Shown: one piece after another, positions 59,396-64,000 of the stretch
Position numbering within the stretch: position 1 is the stretch's first letter
Layout of the letters: the number at the start of each line of letters is the position of its first letter
Source of the DNA: an uncultured Erysipelotrichaceae bacterium
Lineage (GTDB): Bacteria > Bacillota_I > Bacilli_A > RF39 > UBA660
Direction of reading: 5' to 3'
Length of the DNA: 64,000 nt
NCBI GenBank assembly: GCA_902785135.1
Contig: CACZXL010000005.1
Coordinates: 1,557-65,556, forward strand
Program-made: the position numbers and the translations under genes
The notes under the pieces: model-generated
The model's input: only the letters and a program-made list of their open reading frames with translations
What the model was told of the DNA's origin: nothing
The model's database searches: none

Positions 59396-60355
59396 TTATT
59401 TATCTCTCCTAGTATTAATTAATACAAATTCAAATAATTGTCTATGTTTTTTAACTACTACTTCAAGTATTATTCCACATACTACACTAAGCACTGAAAT
59501 CATTAACATAAATCCAGAGAATATTAGTGTTGGGAATCTTTCAACCACACCTGTTTTAAAATAATCAATAAATACTGGTGTTCCAAAACCTACCGCAATT
59601 GCGAAGAATATAAATCCTATTAAACCAAAGAATATAGATGGTTTATATTCTTTAAATAATCTAGCAATTGTTTTTAATACTTTAAATCCATCACTAAATG
59701 TATTTAATTTTGATTCAGAACCAGCTGGTCTATCTCTATAATCTACTGGTATTTCTTTTAATCCCATATTCTTATCTAATGCATGAATAGTCATTTCTGT
59801 TTCTATTTCAAATCCTTTTGATAATATTGGGAATGTTTTAACAAAGTCATAACTAAATGCTCTATAACCTGTCATTATATCTTTTACTTTAGATTTAAAT
59901 AATGAATTAATTAATCCTCTAACTAATACATTACCAAAGTTATGAAATGGTCTTTTATTTTCTTTAAAATATGTTGATGATAATCTATCACCTATAACCA
60001 TATCAGCTTTTCCTTCTAGGATATAATTACACATTTCTCTAGCATGTTCTGCTGGATAAGTATCATCACCGTCAATCATTAAATAACAATCAGCATCTAT
60101 ATTTTTAAACATAGATCTAATTACATTACCTTTACCTTGTTTATATTCATACTTAACAATAGCGCCTGCTTTTTCTGCTATCTTATCTGTACCATCTGAA
60201 GAATTATTATCATAAACATAGATATCTGCTTCTGGTAATGCTTTTTTATAATCCTTTACTACTTTTTCAATTGTTTTACTTTCGTTATAACATGGTATTA
60301 AAACTGCTATTTTTTTGTCATCTTTTTTCATATTAAACCTCCTATAAATTAGCAA
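59396..60355 (-). CDS. GtrB/ArnC-like GT2 polyprenyl-phosphate glycosyltransferase with C-terminal 2 TM
   Basis: IAVLIPCYNESKTIEKVVKDYK..YVYDNNSSDGTDKIA..MIDGDDTYP; C-terminal TM pair. Confidence 0.8.
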   Translation of the reverse strand: MLIYRRFNMKKDDKKIAVLIPCYNESKTIEKVVKDYKKALPEADIYVYDNNSSDGTDKIAEKAGAIVKYEYKQGKGNVIRSMFKNIDADCYLMIDGDDTYPAEHAREMCNYILEGKADMVIGDRLSSTYFKENKRPFHNFGNVLVRGLINSLFKSKVKDIMTGYRAFSYDFVKTFPILSKGFEIETEMTIHALDKNMGLKEIPVDYRDRPAGSESKLNTFSDGFKVLKTIARLFKEYKPSIFFGLIGFIFFAIAVGFGTPVFIDYFKTGVVERFPTLIFSGFMLMISVLSVVCGIILEVVVKKHRQLFEFVLINTRRDK

Positions 60356-61889
60356 ATATTATAAATGCTATCGCATTTATGTTTTCAAAAACAATAAAAC
60401 TTATAATATATTTTAAATCATTTTTTTCGTTCATAATTCTATTATCTTTACTTTTATTTATTCTCATAAATATTAAAGGTATAAATAATAATAAAGGAAT
60501 AAAATATCTTCCTTGAACTCCATCTATAATATCTTTTGAAACAGGAGTCCATTGTATATATAAACTAGTAAATATTAATCCAACTATAGCTAAAGGAACT
60601 AATAAATACATTACTCCTTCTATAATACTGTTTTTCTTTTCTTTAAATCTATTAGTTATAGATAAATATATAGTCATTAAAACAGCTCCTATAGGATAAT
60701 ATCTTCCAACATCTACATCTAATAAACCTAATTTTCTTCCATATGCTTGATAAATAAATCCTGGACCAAATATTACCATAGTTTTTAAAATATTATATAT
60801 ATAATTAATAGGATGGGTTAGTATATATTTTAACTGAGCTTTCGAATCTACTCCAGCATTATATTCAATTAAATATCTAGTTGCATATAAAGTCCATCCA
60901 CCATTTATAATAATACAAATCAAAATCATAATTGATATCTTTATTATTTTATCTTTTTTTGATTTAAATAAGTCTTTAGGTAATATATATGCCAGTAATA
61001 TAATTGGTATATATACTATCTTAGACATACTACATATAATCGATGAAATAAATAGTATTAAATATTCTTTTTTTGTTAAAAATTCCTTTTTCTCTTTTAA
61101 ATACAAAATATAACTTATAAGGAAAAATGAAATTGATATAGTTAATGCATCAGATGAAAAAGACGCTGCTTCTTGAACTATTATAGGTAATAAAGAAATA
61201 AATAATATATATTTCTTTAAATATGGTATTCTTTTAATACTTTGATACATTAAAAATACAAATGACATTAGATTAAACAATCTTGCCAAATACATTACAA
61301 TTAAATATGGTAAATGTAACAATCTCCCTATTAATACCCCTGTTACTTGCGGTATATAAACGATAAAATTATATAATGCCATATTAGTAAAAATGCTGTA
61401 TGTATTTTCTTTACTATTGGAATCTAAAATATGATTCCTTACTAAAGCATATTTTTTATTTTTTGAATATGAAAATGTTGATACAACATTTTTAGGCATT
61501 AAAGCATATGTATAACCATCTTTCGCAACTTCACTAACCAAATGGCCATCACTAATTGAATATATTCTAGCATAATGTGTATTTTCATCAGGTACTTGAC
61601 CAAATGGTAAAAATAACATATACATTAATCCTATAGGTATTATTAAAATTAAAAATAATTTTTCAATGGGATACTTATTTTTACATTTAATATTTATTAT
61701 AACTAAATATAATAATTCGATAAAAGTAAGAGAAAAAAATAGAACAAAATATTTTGTATTATTCTTTTCAATACTATTTAATGTATATGCTTTCTTAAAC
61801 AAAAAAATATTTAATAAAAAAAGAATAAGAACAAATAAAAAATATAAATAATTATTCTTAATAAAACTTATTAATCGATGCTTCTTCAT
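60342..61889 (-). CDS. GT-C-type polytopic membrane protein (second GtrC-like candidate)
   Basis: 515 aa, ~12 TM; 14-nt overlap with the downstream gtrB-like gene. Confidence 0.5.
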   Translation of the reverse strand: MKKHRLISFIKNNYLYFLFVLILFLLNIFLFKKAYTLNSIEKNNTKYFVLFFSLTFIELLYLVIINIKCKNKYPIEKLFLILIIPIGLMYMLFLPFGQVPDENTHYARIYSISDGHLVSEVAKDGYTYALMPKNVVSTFSYSKNKKYALVRNHILDSNSKENTYSIFTNMALYNFIVYIPQVTGVLIGRLLHLPYLIVMYLARLFNLMSFVFLMYQSIKRIPYLKKYILFISLLPIIVQEAASFSSDALTISISFFLISYILYLKEKKEFLTKKEYLILFISSIICSMSKIVYIPIILLAYILPKDLFKSKKDKIIKISIMILICIIINGGWTLYATRYLIEYNAGVDSKAQLKYILTHPINYIYNILKTMVIFGPGFIYQAYGRKLGLLDVDVGRYYPIGAVLMTIYLSITNRFKEKKNSIIEGVMYLLVPLAIVGLIFTSLYIQWTPVSKDIIDGVQGRYFIPLLLFIPLIFMRINKSKDNRIMNEKNDLKYIISFIVFENINAIAFIIFANL

Positions 61890-61967
61890 TTCTTACAACT
61901 CCTTAATATAATTTTATCACATTTATTTATATAATTCTATATTGTTTTGTTAACAAAAAAAGAAATA

Positions 61968-62684
61968 CTATAAGTATTTCTTTAATATTTCTGTTATTTT
62001 TTCATATCCTTTTTCATTTGGATGTAGACCATCATTTGTATATTGTTTATCAAATTCACAATTATCATCTGATAATTCTTTAAACATATCTACATATTTA
62101 TAGTTATTATCATCACAATATTTTTTTATTTCAACATTTGAATCTATAATCTTTTTAGTTAATACATCTACTGTTGGAACATCTGGTCTACGTTTTATTC
62201 TCCAATCATCATTAACTGGATAAATAGATTGAATAACTATTTCACAATTAGGTAAGTTTTCGTGTATTTGATTAACCATATCTTTTATATCATTAACAAC
62301 TAATTCTGTTGAACTATTTTCATATAAATAATTATTAATACCTATTAATAATATTACTTTGCTTGGATTATATCTATATACTCTATTATACATATCTTTT
62401 TTTAAGTCCCAAGTTCTATTTCCACTTATCCCACTATTTACTTTTTTTAGATCGGGATAATACTTATCTAAATCATAATAATCAGTAATAGAATCTCCAA
62501 AGAATACTACATTTGGATTTATTACTTCCATCTTTATTTCTTTTACAGGAGTGCATTTATTTTCTCCTCTAGCGCTTATATAATTGAAACCTAAAAATAA
62601 TATGAACGCTACTAATAATATAGTTATAAATCTATACATTTTAGTTAAAAATACAAAATGACTTTTTTTATATTTCTTATCCAT
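61968..62684 (-). CDS. SGNH/GDSL hydrolase, membrane-anchored (sugar O-acetylesterase/acyltransferase-like)
   Basis: VVFFGDSITD (block I), GxND region, DGLHPN (block V); signal-anchor at the MDKKYKK.. start. Confidence 0.7.
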   Translation of the reverse strand: MDKKYKKSHFVFLTKMYRFITILLVAFILFLGFNYISARGENKCTPVKEIKMEVINPNVVFFGDSITDYYDLDKYYPDLKKVNSGISGNRTWDLKKDMYNRVYRYNPSKVILLIGINNYLYENSSTELVVNDIKDMVNQIHENLPNCEIVIQSIYPVNDDWRIKRRPDVPTVDVLTKKIIDSNVEIKKYCDDNNYKYVDMFKELSDDNCEFDKQYTNDGLHPNEKGYEKITEILKKYL

Positions 62685-62766
62685 ACTACCCTCTCCTGTA
62701 CTATTAAAGTATATCATAAATATATATATTATTTTGTAATACATTGTCTTATTTTACATTTTTTTA

Positions 62767-64000
62767 CTAATAAAATATATTTAAATCTACATTACCTATT
62801 ATACCTGGGATTACTCCTTTAGATGTATATTGCCATCCTACATATTCTTTATCATATTCACATTTATTATGATACTGCGCAACCCATATAGGATACTTTT
62901 TAGAAAACGATAAAGATCCATTTGTAAGCATATTTAAATTGCCATATAAACCTACATCTTTATAACCATAATTATTTAAAACAGAAACAAAGTTATTTAT
63001 TACTTTTCTATACATTGTTTTTGTATATGTTACTCCTTCAAATTCATTTATTTCTGCATCATAAAAAATAGGTAAAGATAATTTGGCATCTACTTCTTTT
63101 AATACATTATTAACAAATTCTGCTTCTATACTTGATGCATATTCATTTTGAGCGTAACCATAAACATAAACTCCATAAGGAATATTTAATCTATTTAATT
63201 CAGATATATTTCTTTTAAATTTATTATCGAGTACAGGATCATCATTTAATGTAGTTCCATAACCTATTCTTACAATCACTCCATCTACTAAACCTGAATT
63301 CTTTACTTCTTCAAAATCTATATCTCCTTGCCATGAGGATATATCAATAATAGATTTAACATCTTTTTTTATTAATGCACCTGTTTCAAAATCAAAATAA
63401 TATCTAATATCATCTATTAATTGTAACCCTTTTAAAACATTATTATTTTCATCATAAAAATATTCTTTACCATCTATTATTTGAAATCCATTTTTTAATA
63501 TTCCATTTTCATCAAAGATATATGTTCTATTTCCTATTTTTCTTTCTCCTGTCACAATTATTCCGTTTTCATCTAAATAATATTTATCATAAAAAGTATT
63601 CTTTATTAAATGTCCTTCTTCATCAAATAAATATTTATTGTCATTAATGTCTTGTATACCTTTTAAATATCCACCTTTAGAAAAATAATAAGTATAATTA
63701 TCTATATCTTTAAAACCTGTATATAACTTACCATCTATACCATAATAGCAATTATCTATAATACTATCTTTTTGCATTATACCTTCTTCATTAAAATAAA
63801 ATATATCATTATCTAATTCTTTTTTACCAGTAATATATTTATCATCTATATAATAATAAGTATTACCATTTTCTTCTATAAAACCATTCTTTTTTTCTGG
63901 TTCTATATATTCATAAACATAATTAACTTTTATTACTTCTTTAGTCTCTTCTTTTAATACTTCATTAATATTATCAGTATCTTCTGTTATATATTTAAAG
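62767..64000 (-). CDS. GH25 muramidase with N-terminal cell-wall-binding (choline-binding-type YYF/G) repeats; 5' end beyond window
   Basis: Repeats YYFSKGGYLKG, YLFDEEGHLIKN, YIFDENGILKNG, YFYDENNNVLKG, YYFDFETGALIK. GH25 motifs DISSWQGDIDF, GVIVRIGYG, IPYGVYVYGYA. Reading frame stays open through position 64000. Confidence 0.75.
   Translation of the reverse strand, partial: FKYITEDTDNINEVLKEETKEVIKVNYVYEYIEPEKKNGFIEENGNTYYYIDDKYITGKKELDNDIFYFNEEGIMQKDSIIDNCYYGIDGKLYTGFKDIDNYTYYFSKGGYLKGIQDINDNKYLFDEEGHLIKNTFYDKYYLDENGIIVTGERKIGNRTYIFDENGILKNGFQIIDGKEYFYDENNNVLKGLQLIDDIRYYFDFETGALIKKDVKSIIDISSWQGDIDFEEVKNSGLVDGVIVRIGYGTTLNDDPVLDNKFKRNISELNRLNIPYGVYVYGYAQNEYASSIEAEFVNNVLKEVDAKLSLPIFYDAEINEFEGVTYTKTMYRKVINNFVSVLNNYGYKDVGLYGNLNMLTNGSLSFSKKYPIWVAQYHNKCEYDKEYVGWQYTSKGVIPGIIGNVDLNIFY

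Noticed and set aside
1-64000. Prophage, integrative element or genomic-island boundaries
   Set aside because: No integrase, recombinase, transposase, tRNA attachment site or flanking direct repeats. The accessory character is confined to the polysaccharide genes.

Overview
Low-GC (~25% GC) Firmicute chromosome segment; ChW repeats and the overall gene set suggest a Clostridium-like genome. Almost everything is on the minus strand. Housekeeping genes: a Nudix gene fragment, recG, pyruvate:ferredoxin oxidoreductase, cobB-type sirtuin, typA/bipA, hisS–nth–aspS, a ylbD/E/F-like trio, lemA–DUF2207, parE–parC and galE. Interleaved with these is a two-part cell-wall glycopolymer locus (16.5–25.8 kb and 38.3–63.8 kb). 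It contains FdtA/B/C-like dTDP-3-acetamido-sugar genes, tandem GT2 paralogs, TagD/TagF-like glycerol-phosphate enzymes, a split Bcs1-like CDP-ribitol synthase, LicD, Wzx and an ABC exporter, GtrA/GtrB/GT-C side-chain glycosylation genes, an O-acyltransferase, an SGNH esterase, and two GH25 muramidases with different wall-binding modules. No rRNA, tRNA, CRISPR array, integrase or transposase was seen. Non-coding candidates: (i) a ~590-nt GC-enriched ORF-free RNA with a consensus promoter and intrinsic terminator directly upstream of a 4-TM DxxxD protein, resembling OLE RNA/OapA; (ii) a 6S RNA in the conserved aspS–tcdA(yrvM) spacer; (iii) an orphan promoter–terminator sRNA candidate downstream of recG; (iv) two similarly organised loci, each a 30-aa hydrophobic peptide ORF with strong SD and anti-SD hairpin, convergent with a promoter-driven, terminator-capped plus-strand small RNA that overlaps the ORF's 3' end — the layout of type I toxin–antitoxin systems (fst/RNAII-like, txpA/ratA-like). 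One of these has a 5'UTR–3'UTR long-range inverted repeat; the other has a tandemly duplicated antisense sRNA with a covarying terminator stem. A single-gene N-terminal TIR (SxWCxxE NADase motif) – TM – extracellular beta-propeller-like protein sits between recG and PFOR, in an inverted TLR-like topology. All calls come from reading the sequence and ORF translations. No database searches were run.
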